A stretch of 64,000 nt of DNA from a virus (Duplodnaviria > Heunggongvirae > Uroviricota > Caudoviricetes), in the IMG/VR virus record IMGVR_UViG_3300031417_000403, positions 123,133-187,132 of that record. One strand, written 5' to 3'. Of the stretch, positions 36,556 to 44,954 are shown in pieces. Both the position numbers and the translations under genes were made by a program. Below the pieces are notes generated by a model that ran no database searches, was not told where the DNA came from, and was given only the letters and a program-made list of their open reading frames with translations. Positions within the stretch are counted from its first letter, which is position 1. Each line of letters starts with the position of its first letter.

Positions 36556-37448
36556 TGATTACATTCAAACAATTTCTCCACGAGGAAGAAGAGACAGACA
36601 AAGAGCACGCGTCCGTGATGGAGGCTGCGGCTGAATATCTGAAACACTGTAAACGTTTCAAAAATCTCATGAAGCCATTGTATCGACTGAGTGGCGAGTC
36701 ATGGATGAGCAACGCCAATCACAAACTCAAAACACGTGTACCACGCACACGTCGTTCAGAATCACGTGGTGGTTCTGCAGCGCAACAGGCATTCCTGTTT
36801 TCGCTACCTGGTTGGGAAGAATACCCGCCACGTCGTCAATCGATCTTCTGCTCAACTACAAGAGAATTTGTCGTCGACAGCGTTTCAGATGATGGGTCCA
36901 ATCTGCTGATGATCTATCCATTCGATGGCGTGAAGATTGCTGTGCTGCCTGAAGAAGACCTGAACACGATGAACATCGCACGCGGGTTTGATGGCAAGCC
37001 GTATATGCAGCTCGATGACTTGATCGAACAGATTGCACAGGCGTACGTTGTTTTCCGTAACACCGAATACGAAAATGGTATGGGCGACCCAATGCAGCAG
37101 CTCAAACAAATCAAGCACGTGTTCACTAAAAATGGCAAGTTCGATCCAGAGGCAAATGGCAACGATGAACTGGCCGATAAGTTCGCTGAATTGGAAAGAG
37201 AAGATTCAGCGTACGCAAGGATACTGCAGCGCGTCGCAACTCAAATGCCAGAGAAGCTTTCACCTGAAGCAATGGGCGTGAAGCTGGTAACGTCCGATCA
37301 ACTTGATTTGCCTGGTAACCAACGCGAGGTGTGGTTCTCCGGTAAATACCTGTCTGTACCATACCGCTTCCACGACGAGTTCAAACAGGCCGTAATAGAA
37401 CTCGATAATGGTAACGAAGACGACGAAGACGACGAAGACGACGAATGA
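36555..37448 (+). CDS. ART-like paralogue 8 (divergent, acidic tail)
   Basis: MITFKQFLHE; LYRL, PPRRQSIFCSTT, YPFDGVKI, QREVW; (GAAGACGAC)x3 tail. Confidence 0.55.
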   Translation: MITFKQFLHEEEETDKEHASVMEAAAEYLKHCKRFKNLMKPLYRLSGESWMSNANHKLKTRVPRTRRSESRGGSAAQQAFLFSLPGWEEYPPRRQSIFCSTTREFVVDSVSDDGSNLLMIYPFDGVKIAVLPEEDLNTMNIARGFDGKPYMQLDDLIEQIAQAYVVFRNTEYENGMGDPMQQLKQIKHVFTKNGKFDPEANGNDELADKFAELEREDSAYARILQRVATQMPEKLSPEAMGVKLVTSDQLDLPGNQREVWFSGKYLSVPYRFHDEFKQAVIELDNGNEDDEDDEDDE

Positions 37449-38077
37449 TTACGTTCAAACAGTTCATTACTGAACAAGAAATAAAAGACCTCGCGGAATT
37501 GATTAAACGCGACTGCAAGCCGTTCCTTGAAAAGTCCAGGCACCGTGGTTTGTTATTCCGCGGTGTTAGAAACATTGGACCAGGTAATGAAACTGGAAAA
37601 GTATCCGACCCAATCAACGAAGGTAAAGAAATTCTGTACTGGCGCAAAGCCGTACGCACAGATCGTAGGCCGAAGGATACAAACAGAGATGCGCACAAAA
37701 TAATTGATGACTGGTTCGAAAAAGAATTCGGAATTAGGGCTCGATCGCAAGCACTTTTTGTTTTCGGCCAAGGCATTCGAAAGCATTATCTGAATCAATA
37801 TGGCGATCCGTGCGTGGTCTTTCCAATTGGCGACTTCAAATACGTTTGGTCCGCACGTGTGCGCGACCTTTACAATTTGATGGATGACGAAGCTGATATG
37901 GATGACCTGGATGCAGTTCATACACTCCAATACAAATTGGAAACGTCAGCATATACCGATTCACAACTTGACGCTGCAATCAAGGACGAGAAAGAAATCA
38001 TGATTGCCTGCGAAGCGTATTACGCATTCCCAATCTCGGCAGAAGAATCAATTCGCGTAGCACTGGACATTTACTGA
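37445..38077 (+). CDS. ART-like paralogue 9 (GIRARS subfamily)
   Basis: MITFKQFITE; LFRG, DRRP, FGIRARS, QYG, EKEIM. Confidence 0.6.
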   Translation: MITFKQFITEQEIKDLAELIKRDCKPFLEKSRHRGLLFRGVRNIGPGNETGKVSDPINEGKEILYWRKAVRTDRRPKDTNRDAHKIIDDWFEKEFGIRARSQALFVFGQGIRKHYLNQYGDPCVVFPIGDFKYVWSARVRDLYNLMDDEADMDDLDAVHTLQYKLETSAYTDSQLDAAIKDEKEIMIACEAYYAFPISAEESIRVALDIY

Positions 38078-38814
38078 TGATTACATTCAAAGAATACATG
38101 ATGACCGAGTCGATTAACGACAAGGGCATTCTCAAAGCACTCTTCGTCGTGGGTATCCCTGGCGCAGGTAAATCCTATACGGTTTCGAAACTGCACGGAG
38201 CTATTTCACCCCGCGTCGTCAACACTGACCGATCGACTGAGTTTCTGTCGAAGAAGTACAAGATCGTTTCGAACTCGGAAACCTGGAAATCGTTCTTCCG
38301 CGATCGCACCAAGCCAATGACCAGTGAATCGTTGTTCAACTATCTGAACTCGATGCTGCCGCTGTTTGTCGACGGAACATCGAACGATGCGTCGAACATC
38401 CTGGCTCGTGCCGGTCTTCTGGAATCCTGTGGCTACGACGTTGGTATGGTATTCGTCAACGTCAACCTAGACGTAGCAATCGCTCGCGCAAAAGAACGCG
38501 GGGAGAAAATCAATCGCCACGTTGACGAAGACTTCATCAAGAAGGTTCACGAAGAATCGGAAATCAACAAGGAATACTTCAAGGGCAAGTTCAGTTTCTT
38601 CCGGGAAGTCTCGAACAATCCAGGCGAATTGGACGACGAAGCAATCCAGAAAATCTACAAACAGGTTTCCGGATTCTATGCAGAGCCAGTCGATAACCCA
38701 GTTGGTGTTCGCACGCTGGAACACTTGCGCGAAAACAAAGAAGCATACCTGGTGCCGTCAGTGTTTGAAAAAGCTGACCTGCAGAAAAAAGCCCAAGGAT
38801 GGTTCCGTTCGTAA
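38077..38814 (+). CDS. P-loop kinase (zeta-toxin/AAA_33-like) with capsid-targeting leader
   Basis: MITFKEY; VGIPGAGKS Walker A, VVNTD, FVDGT, VFVNVNLDVAIARAKER. Confidence 0.75.
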   Translation: MITFKEYMMTESINDKGILKALFVVGIPGAGKSYTVSKLHGAISPRVVNTDRSTEFLSKKYKIVSNSETWKSFFRDRTKPMTSESLFNYLNSMLPLFVDGTSNDASNILARAGLLESCGYDVGMVFVNVNLDVAIARAKERGEKINRHVDEDFIKKVHEESEINKEYFKGKFSFFREVSNNPGELDDEAIQKIYKQVSGFYAEPVDNPVGVRTLEHLRENKEAYLVPSVFEKADLQKKAQGWFRS

Positions 38815-38815
38815 C

Positions 38816-38823
38816 CATAAATA
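38816..38823 (+). promoter_or_regulatory. late promoter CATAAATA
   Basis: Motif repeat. Confidence 0.8.
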
Positions 38824-38844
38824 GAAACTCACCAAGGAAAACAA

Positions 38845-39408
38845 ATGAAGCTGGATGAACTCTTGAACCCGCCTGTTGCATTGTTGGAAGGCAAACGTCT
38901 GGCCATCTACGAAAGCATCTTGCCGATGCTCTTGGTTGAGGAAGGTGAAGGTGGTGGAGGCGAAGGTGCACCGCCTTCGGTTGGTGATAGCACTGGTGGA
39001 TCGGGCGATATTACTGGCGAACCAGTACAAGCTCCAGACGTCGGTAATCCGCCAACAAATAGCACGGGCGGTTGGGGTCGAGGGCCACTGACCGGTTTTG
39101 GTGGAGGTCGTTGGTTCAACGAGCTATATAACACGGTAAGAAACTTGGTCGTGCTGACCAAGCTATCCAAGCGAATGAAAGAAATCGGTATCGGCAAGGA
39201 AGGTACGAAGCGCGTACAGGCTGCAGCGAAAACTGCGGCAAAGAATGTTCGCCTGCTTCTGTCGAATCCTGGTGCTACCGCTTATCGCATTCCGCAGTGG
39301 ACGTTCGACAAACCGAAGACGCCAGTGATTAAACGCTGGAATGAAGGGTTTGCCTACGAGTTCAAGAAGGAACTCGCGAAGCTCGACGAAAACCAAATGT
39401 TAGACTAG
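38845..39408 (+). CDS. late protein with MKLDELL leader and Gly-rich linker
   Basis: Late promoter, AAGGA RBS. Confidence 0.7.
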   Translation: MKLDELLNPPVALLEGKRLAIYESILPMLLVEEGEGGGGEGAPPSVGDSTGGSGDITGEPVQAPDVGNPPTNSTGGWGRGPLTGFGGGRWFNELYNTVRNLVVLTKLSKRMKEIGIGKEGTKRVQAAAKTAAKNVRLLLSNPGATAYRIPQWTFDKPKTPVIKRWNEGFAYEFKKELAKLDENQMLD

Positions 39409-39446
39409 ACGCATTTTGCGCAAATCAAACCACTAAGGAGAAAACC

Positions 39447-39821
39447 ATGGGACCAATGTTTAAGAAAATCTTTGTGAGCGTTATCGGTGCAGTTGCAACC
39501 GCGTACGTTACCAAAGTCGTGAATGAAGCTCTTGAGCGCAAGCCACTCAAGACCCGCATCCGCGAAGGTAAAGAGAAAGCAGTTCAGATCAAAGCCGACG
39601 CAGCTGTCAAGGCGGCTGACATGAAAGCTGCAGCACAAGCCAAGGCATCGCAAGCAAAAGCTGCTGCACAGGTGAAAGCTGCTGATCTGAAATTCGCGGC
39701 TCAAGCAAAAGCTGACGCTGCGAAAGCCAAAGCGAATCGTCTGATCGAAGAACGTGACCAACCAACTGTCACTGTCAAGGATCAAAAGATCGTTCTGGAT
39801 GACGACTTCAAGAGCGAGTAA
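39447..39821 (+). CDS. Ala/Lys-rich helical-repeat protein with N-terminal amphipathic anchor
   Basis: KAAD/AQAKA repeats; TAAGGAG RBS. Confidence 0.75.
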   Translation: MGPMFKKIFVSVIGAVATAYVTKVVNEALERKPLKTRIREGKEKAVQIKADAAVKAADMKAAAQAKASQAKAAAQVKAADLKFAAQAKADAAKAKANRLIEERDQPTVTVKDQKIVLDDDFKSE

Positions 39822-39949
39822 TGCTTCGTTTGATCGGCAAGGTAATTGCCGCTGCTGCAGCTACTGCGGCAACTACCTATCTCGGAAACAAGTTCATGCA
39901 TTGGGCAGGAATCATCAAGCCTAAAGCACCGAACAAAAAGAAAGACTAA
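39821..39949 (+). CDS. small peptide resembling the N-terminus of the preceding gene
   Basis: MLRLIGKVIAAAAATAATTYLG; TAATG coupling. Confidence 0.5.
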   Translation: MLRLIGKVIAAAAATAATTYLGNKFMHWAGIIKPKAPNKKKD

Positions 39950-39969
39950 CCAGATAAGGTGGAACGCGA

Positions 39970-40572
39970 ATGAAACACATTGCATATATTCATGGGTTAA
40001 ACTCGAGTTCCACTTCGTTCAGTTACATCATCTCGAAACTGCCTGAGCATAAGGCATACCGGATTGATTACAACAGTCATCAAAGTCTTGAGACTTCGAT
40101 TGCTGAAGTGATTTCAAAACTTCCGCGGGATCAGAAGGTAACGTTGGTTGCGCACTCACTGGGTGGCATCATTGCCACCCTTGTTGCGGCTCAAATGCCG
40201 AACATGGTTGAGCGCCTGATTTTGATTTCTACCCCATTCAAAGGATCACACGCAGCGTCTACGCTCCGCTGGATTCCTGGATGCTCGCGCGTTCTGCACG
40301 ACATCATACCAACCGCGCCGCACATCACGCGCTGCCGCGAACTCGCGTTGGATATTCCAACCCTCAACATTATTTCAACCGGCGGTAGTCTCCAGACTTC
40401 ACCTGTCCCGAATGACGGTGTCGTAACCATTTCAAGCCAGCGTGGCTTGTGCTTCGGAGAACGAGTTGAAATCAATGCAACACACTTTGAAGTGCTGATG
40501 AGCGACCGCACAGTTAACACCATCCGCGACTTCATATTCTCAGAAGAAAATGTAGAGCCAATATATGAGTAA
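39970..40572 (+). CDS. alpha/beta hydrolase (esterase/lipase family)
   Basis: IHGLNS oxyanion, AHSLGG nucleophile elbow, NDGVV, HFEVL. Confidence 0.9.
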   Translation: MKHIAYIHGLNSSSTSFSYIISKLPEHKAYRIDYNSHQSLETSIAEVISKLPRDQKVTLVAHSLGGIIATLVAAQMPNMVERLILISTPFKGSHAASTLRWIPGCSRVLHDIIPTAPHITRCRELALDIPTLNIISTGGSLQTSPVPNDGVVTISSQRGLCFGERVEINATHFEVLMSDRTVNTIRDFIFSEENVEPIYE

Positions 40573-42118
40573 AAATCCCCAACTAAAACGCGCGAATGCG
40601 ACGGATGAATATACGCCGGAAATGATTATGGAACTTGCCCGATGCAAGAAAGATCCAGTCTACTTTATTAGAAACTACATTCGCGTTCAAGACCCGGTTC
40701 AAGGTAACGTCGCATTCGACCTGTACGATTATCAGGAACGATTCATTCGCCACATGCAGGATAATCGATTCACGATTACGCTCCAGCCTCGCCAGTGCGG
40801 TAAAACTCTTACCGTCGCAATGTACCTGCTTTGGTACGCGATGTTTAATGCCGATGCGCTTCTGCTGATTGCATCGAAGAATCAGAGCCACGCACTTGAA
40901 ATTGCAAGCCGCGTTCGCTTCGCTTATGAGAATCTTCCGAACTGGATCAAGTGCGGGCTGAAGTATTACAACCGCCACAACATCGAATTCGACAATGGCT
41001 CGCGTATCGTTTCGGAAGCGACCACTGAAAAGACCGGTCGTGGTCTCGCTATCACGAAGATTTACCTCGACGAGTTGGCGTTCATTAACCCACGCATTCA
41101 GCAGGAACTCTGGAACTCGCTGACACCAACACTTTCGACTGGTGGTTCGGCTATCATTTCGTCAACGCCAAACGGCGACACGGAACTCTTCGCATCCCTG
41201 TGGCGCGGTGCATCGAGTGCTGGTGATGGAAAGCCTGGTGCAAACGGCTATGCACCGTTCCGCGTGTACTGGCAAGAACACCCGAAGCGCGACGACAAAT
41301 ACTGGGATACGATGGTATCGCAGCTTGGATTGCTTGCAACCCGTCAAGAGGTTGGATGCGAGTTCCTGTCGTCCGATGCGTTGCTGATCAACTCGCTGAA
41401 GTTGATTCAGATCACTGAGTCTGCACCTCACCACGAAGACATGGGCTTCAAGTTCTGGGTGCCTGATGAAGAAGTCGGTGGTGCAGGCAAGACGTACTTG
41501 GTCGGGGTCGACCCGGCAACTGGTACCGGCAAAGACTATTCCGTCATCGAAGTATTCGAGTTCCCATCGCTCAACCAAGTTGCGGAATGGCGAAGCAACG
41601 AAGTCAACATTCCCCTGCTTTACGCGAAGCTGAAGTGGATGCTGAATCTTCTGTCAATGCCGGTTGGCCGAGGACGTGCTGAGGTTATCTGGACGTTCGA
41701 ACGAAACGGTATTGGCGAAGCGCTGTCTGTGCTGTATGCAAACGACGAGCGTCAGCCAGAGCATGCTGAGCTGTACTGCGATGAACCGCAGACTGCCAAG
41801 CTGGGCGTCTACACTACAGGCAAGAAGAAGATCGTTGCGTGCCTGCAGCTCAAATCACTGGTCGAAAAAGTCAGTGGCGGACTCAATATCAAGTCGGCAA
41901 TCCTGCTCGAAGAACTGAAAAACTTCGTGGCGAAGGGCGGAACGTACGAAGCAAAGCCTGGTGCAACTGACGATGCTGTTATGGCAACGATCATTGTAAC
42001 ACGCCTGCTGAAGCGTTTGGCTGAGTACAATGAAGAGGCTTTCCAACAGGTCAATGAATACATTGCACCTGATGACAATGACCAATACGGAGATGAGGCA
42101 GTTCCTTTCCTAGTTTGA
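40565..42118 (+). CDS. terminase large subunit (T4 gp17-like)
   Basis: PRQCGKT Walker A, IYLDELAF Walker B, ISSTPNG, GVDPATG..DYS, DDAVMA. Confidence 0.95.
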   Translation: MSKNPQLKRANATDEYTPEMIMELARCKKDPVYFIRNYIRVQDPVQGNVAFDLYDYQERFIRHMQDNRFTITLQPRQCGKTLTVAMYLLWYAMFNADALLLIASKNQSHALEIASRVRFAYENLPNWIKCGLKYYNRHNIEFDNGSRIVSEATTEKTGRGLAITKIYLDELAFINPRIQQELWNSLTPTLSTGGSAIISSTPNGDTELFASLWRGASSAGDGKPGANGYAPFRVYWQEHPKRDDKYWDTMVSQLGLLATRQEVGCEFLSSDALLINSLKLIQITESAPHHEDMGFKFWVPDEEVGGAGKTYLVGVDPATGTGKDYSVIEVFEFPSLNQVAEWRSNEVNIPLLYAKLKWMLNLLSMPVGRGRAEVIWTFERNGIGEALSVLYANDERQPEHAELYCDEPQTAKLGVYTTGKKKIVACLQLKSLVEKVSGGLNIKSAILLEELKNFVAKGGTYEAKPGATDDAVMATIIVTRLLKRLAEYNEEAFQQVNEYIAPDDNDQYGDEAVPFLV

Positions 42119-42127
42119 GGACTATAG

Positions 42128-42135
42128 CATAAATA
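42128..42135 (+). promoter_or_regulatory. late promoter CATAAATA
   Basis: Motif repeat. Confidence 0.8.
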
Positions 42136-42170
42136 CCAGCAAGTTAATTCACACTTGCTAGGGAACTATT

Positions 42171-42923
42171 ATGTTAACAGACGGCCTTGAGCTTATCGGT
42201 CAATCATCAGCAACAAACTTTGCGATCGCGACTGGAACATCGTTTCCAGACGGATCGCCGGGCGAACTCTTCTATTTGAATGGTACTGGCCTGCACATTT
42301 ACAACGGAACAGCGTGGGAAAAAGTCGCGCCAAACGTTGATACGGGAATTCCAGTTGGTGCGACTCTTCCAGCAGTTGGAAAGATCGGTAGCATGTTCTT
42401 CCAAACTGACAATGGCCTGTTCGTTTCGAACGGTACAGCCTGGATAAAAACCACCAGTTACATCAGCACCGCGCATGGAACTAGTTTTCCAGCCACAGCA
42501 GCAGTTGGTGACCTGTACTACCATCTGAGTAATGGTCTAACAGTATGGACTGGTTCTGGTTGGGTACCAGTCACGAATCGTTCAGTTATTCCATACGATA
42601 TTGCTGGTTCCATCTTTGGCAAGCCAACAGCTCCGTCATTGGTATTCCGCTTTATAGCAAACCGCCCGTTCCTGCTTCCTGCAGGACTTGGTGGTTCCGC
42701 AGCTTCAACTTCGACTGTTGCAACAGCTGCGACAAGTCTGGCGATCTATCGTAACGGTACCCAAATTGGTTCGATCAACTTTGCTGCCGGCGCGACGAAC
42801 GGAACGTTCACATTCCTAAATAATCAAAACTTTGTTAAGGGCGACCTTCTGACGATTGGGTATCAAACGGCCGATACGACTTTCGGTGACGCGCAATTTA
42901 CACTCGAAGCTGTATTGGCATAA
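42171..42923 (+). CDS. fibre/virion protein with three internal repeats
   Basis: GTSFP..G.L.Y...GL....GTAW repeated three times. Confidence 0.7.
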   Translation: MLTDGLELIGQSSATNFAIATGTSFPDGSPGELFYLNGTGLHIYNGTAWEKVAPNVDTGIPVGATLPAVGKIGSMFFQTDNGLFVSNGTAWIKTTSYISTAHGTSFPATAAVGDLYYHLSNGLTVWTGSGWVPVTNRSVIPYDIAGSIFGKPTAPSLVFRFIANRPFLLPAGLGGSAASTSTVATAATSLAIYRNGTQIGSINFAAGATNGTFTFLNNQNFVKGDLLTIGYQTADTTFGDAQFTLEAVLA

Positions 42924-42932
42924 GGAAGTTAT

Positions 42933-43637
42933 ATGCCACTGATTATTCTGAACCCTTCTAAAGCTGTGGCAGCAGTGGCAAAGCCGATCATTTCCATGAT
43001 GTCGCACTTTGAAGGTACGAACGGCTCCAAGGTAATCGTTGATGATTCTGGAAATTATCAAAACGTCACCATGTCTGGGTCTGCAACTATCTCAAATCTC
43101 CAGAAGAAGTTTGGTAGCACTAGTATAAGATTGTTTGCAACAGATAACATTTTGTTGCCAACAAATTCTAATCTTCTTCTGAATGGCGACTATACGATTG
43201 AATTTTGGATGTATCCGACCGCAGCACCGACATCCACTGCTGGCACAAGGTTAATGTCAAAAGGCGCAGACGGATCATATCCAGCGTATGGAATTGAATT
43301 CAGAACGGACCGCACAATTGCTGCGTACTTTGGAAATGGTACGAATGCGTCTATTAGTAATGGTGCAGTTGTCGCAGTTTCTACTCCGCTGGCGTTGAAT
43401 ACCTGGTCGCTGATTACGTTGCAACGTTCTGGTGCAGTTTGTCAAGTTTTTGTAAATGGCGTGTTGGGTGCGTCAAATACACCGCCGACGCCGCAATACG
43501 ATAAGAACAACACTGATCCAATTCAGCTTGCATATCACTTTACTGGTTTCATCGACGAAGTACGAATCACAAAGAATCTAGCTCGTTACTCCGGCAACTT
43601 CACACCACCAGCAGCACCGTTTACAAAAGACTTTTGA
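42933..43637 (+). CDS. LamG / concanavalin-A-like lectin domain protein
   Basis: GDYTIEFWMYP, LNTWSLITLQRSG, FVNGV, FTGFIDEVRITK. Confidence 0.85.
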   Translation: MPLIILNPSKAVAAVAKPIISMMSHFEGTNGSKVIVDDSGNYQNVTMSGSATISNLQKKFGSTSIRLFATDNILLPTNSNLLLNGDYTIEFWMYPTAAPTSTAGTRLMSKGADGSYPAYGIEFRTDRTIAAYFGNGTNASISNGAVVAVSTPLALNTWSLITLQRSGAVCQVFVNGVLGASNTPPTPQYDKNNTDPIQLAYHFTGFIDEVRITKNLARYSGNFTPPAAPFTKDF

Positions 43638-43694
43638 TGGTGTTCGTCCTTGAAAAGTCATGATACTATGTGTTATGACTTTTAAGGAACCATT

Positions 43695-43952
43695 ATGAGT
43701 ATCGTAGTATTCTCCCTCTTTGCTGACGGTTCGCCCGATGCAACACACTTCACAGACGCTGAGTTGATGGAGGCTTTGGCATATTGTCAAAGTCTCCGCG
43801 CCTCGGGCTCCAAGCATGTCTGCATGTCAACTCAACTCGATGGCCAAGTCGGCAACAACGACAAAGGCGGTGCAGTTGAAGAAGGCAAACTTCCCAACGG
43901 TGACCCGTATCAATGGTCGAAAGCCCATCGTGCTGGAGCGAGCCGCAAATGA
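43695..43952 (+). CDS. small hypothetical protein
   Basis: TAAGGA RBS. Confidence 0.65.
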   Translation: MSIVVFSLFADGSPDATHFTDAELMEALAYCQSLRASGSKHVCMSTQLDGQVGNNDKGGAVEEGKLPNGDPYQWSKAHRAGASRK

Positions 43953-44362
43953 AAGTACGCATCCAAGGCCAACCTGAATTCCTTCTGCCGCTGACGATTG
44001 CAGATGTCGAAATGATCCGCAAGGTTTCCGCACAGCATTACGATGCTGTCTGCCGCGAAGCATCCGGCGAAGCATACCAATCCGACAACCGAAACTTCCT
44101 CACATCGTGGCGGAACATTCTGCAGTCGTACGAGAAGTATCCGCCGACTGAAGAAGACATCGCCGCAGGCTTCGTTCCGACTGTTTCCGCCACGTGGCGG
44201 CAGATCGACACCGTGCTCAAGATTCTCGAGCCGTGCAACACGTTCATGCTGACACCGATCGACACGCTGGCAGCTCGCCATCTGAGCGATGATCTGCTGC
44301 AAGTCTTGCGTGCCGCTGGTGATCTGTATGGCAAATGGTCGGCAACAATCGAAACCAAATAA
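43949..44362 (+). CDS. hypothetical protein
   Basis: ATGA coupling. Confidence 0.65.
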   Translation: MKVRIQGQPEFLLPLTIADVEMIRKVSAQHYDAVCREASGEAYQSDNRNFLTSWRNILQSYEKYPPTEEDIAAGFVPTVSATWRQIDTVLKILEPCNTFMLTPIDTLAARHLSDDLLQVLRAAGDLYGKWSATIETK

Positions 44363-44365
44363 CGC

Positions 44366-44394
44366 TGTGCATGTGCCGGTGAGTTCGATATAAT
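44366..44394 (+). promoter_or_regulatory. early promoter TGTGCA-N17-TATAAT
   Basis: Motif repeat. Confidence 0.8.
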
Positions 44395-44424
44395 CACTTC
44401 ATCGGCAATTACTGAGCAAACAAA

Positions 44425-44598
44425 ATGTTTGATAATTTACCAAAGCGTGCTCCGCAAACTCGTGACGAGTATATCGCGGAGCTGTGTTTGAAGAACGGCG
44501 TCACGCCGGAAGAAGTTGACGCAGTTCTCACCATCGAACAGTGCAACTGTCCGTATGCAGGCTGCACTGGCTGGATTGCTTGGCCCAAGGGGAAATGA
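44425..44598 (+). CDS. small Cys-containing early protein
   Basis: CNCPYAGC; not in ORF track (58 codons). Confidence 0.5.
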   Translation: MFDNLPKRAPQTRDEYIAELCLKNGVTPEEVDAVLTIEQCNCPYAGCTGWIAWPKGK

Positions 44599-44954
44599 TG
44601 CCACATCAACAAATCGACTACAAGACACTCAGCATGTTCCGCGCGATCCTGCGCGAGAAGAACGAGAAGTGGTGTCCGGACAAAGCGACTCGTCTGCAAA
44701 CGCAAATCCAGGCGCACTTCATCGAGCGACTGTACGAGCGTTTCGAAACGACGGCAGACCGTGCACAAGTGCTCATCGACACGATGAAGTGGATGAAGGA
44801 AAACTATGCGATGCTCCAGCGTGAGAATACGTGGGGTCGCAAAATCCAACATCGCATTCACTGCTCGAATCGCGCGACCTCGGTCATCATTCTCTTTAAC
44901 AACGTCGTGACTCTGCGCACGTGCTGGCTGTACGAACCGAAAGGACAAGACTGA
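44595..44954 (+). CDS. hypothetical protein
   Basis: ATGA coupling. Confidence 0.65.
   Translation: MMPHQQIDYKTLSMFRAILREKNEKWCPDKATRLQTQIQAHFIERLYERFETTADRAQVLIDTMKWMKENYAMLQRENTWGRKIQHRIHCSNRATSVIILFNNVVTLRTCWLYEPKGQD

Noticed and set aside
37416-37445. (GAAGACGAC)x3 microsatellite
   Set aside because: Simply encodes an acidic EDD tail in frame; multiples of three give no phase variation.
33030-38077. Diversity-generating retroelement or DNA-level tandem repeat explaining the paralogue array
   Set aside because: No reverse transcriptase in the window; the paralogues are similar only at protein motif level, with no near-identical template/variable repeat pair visible.
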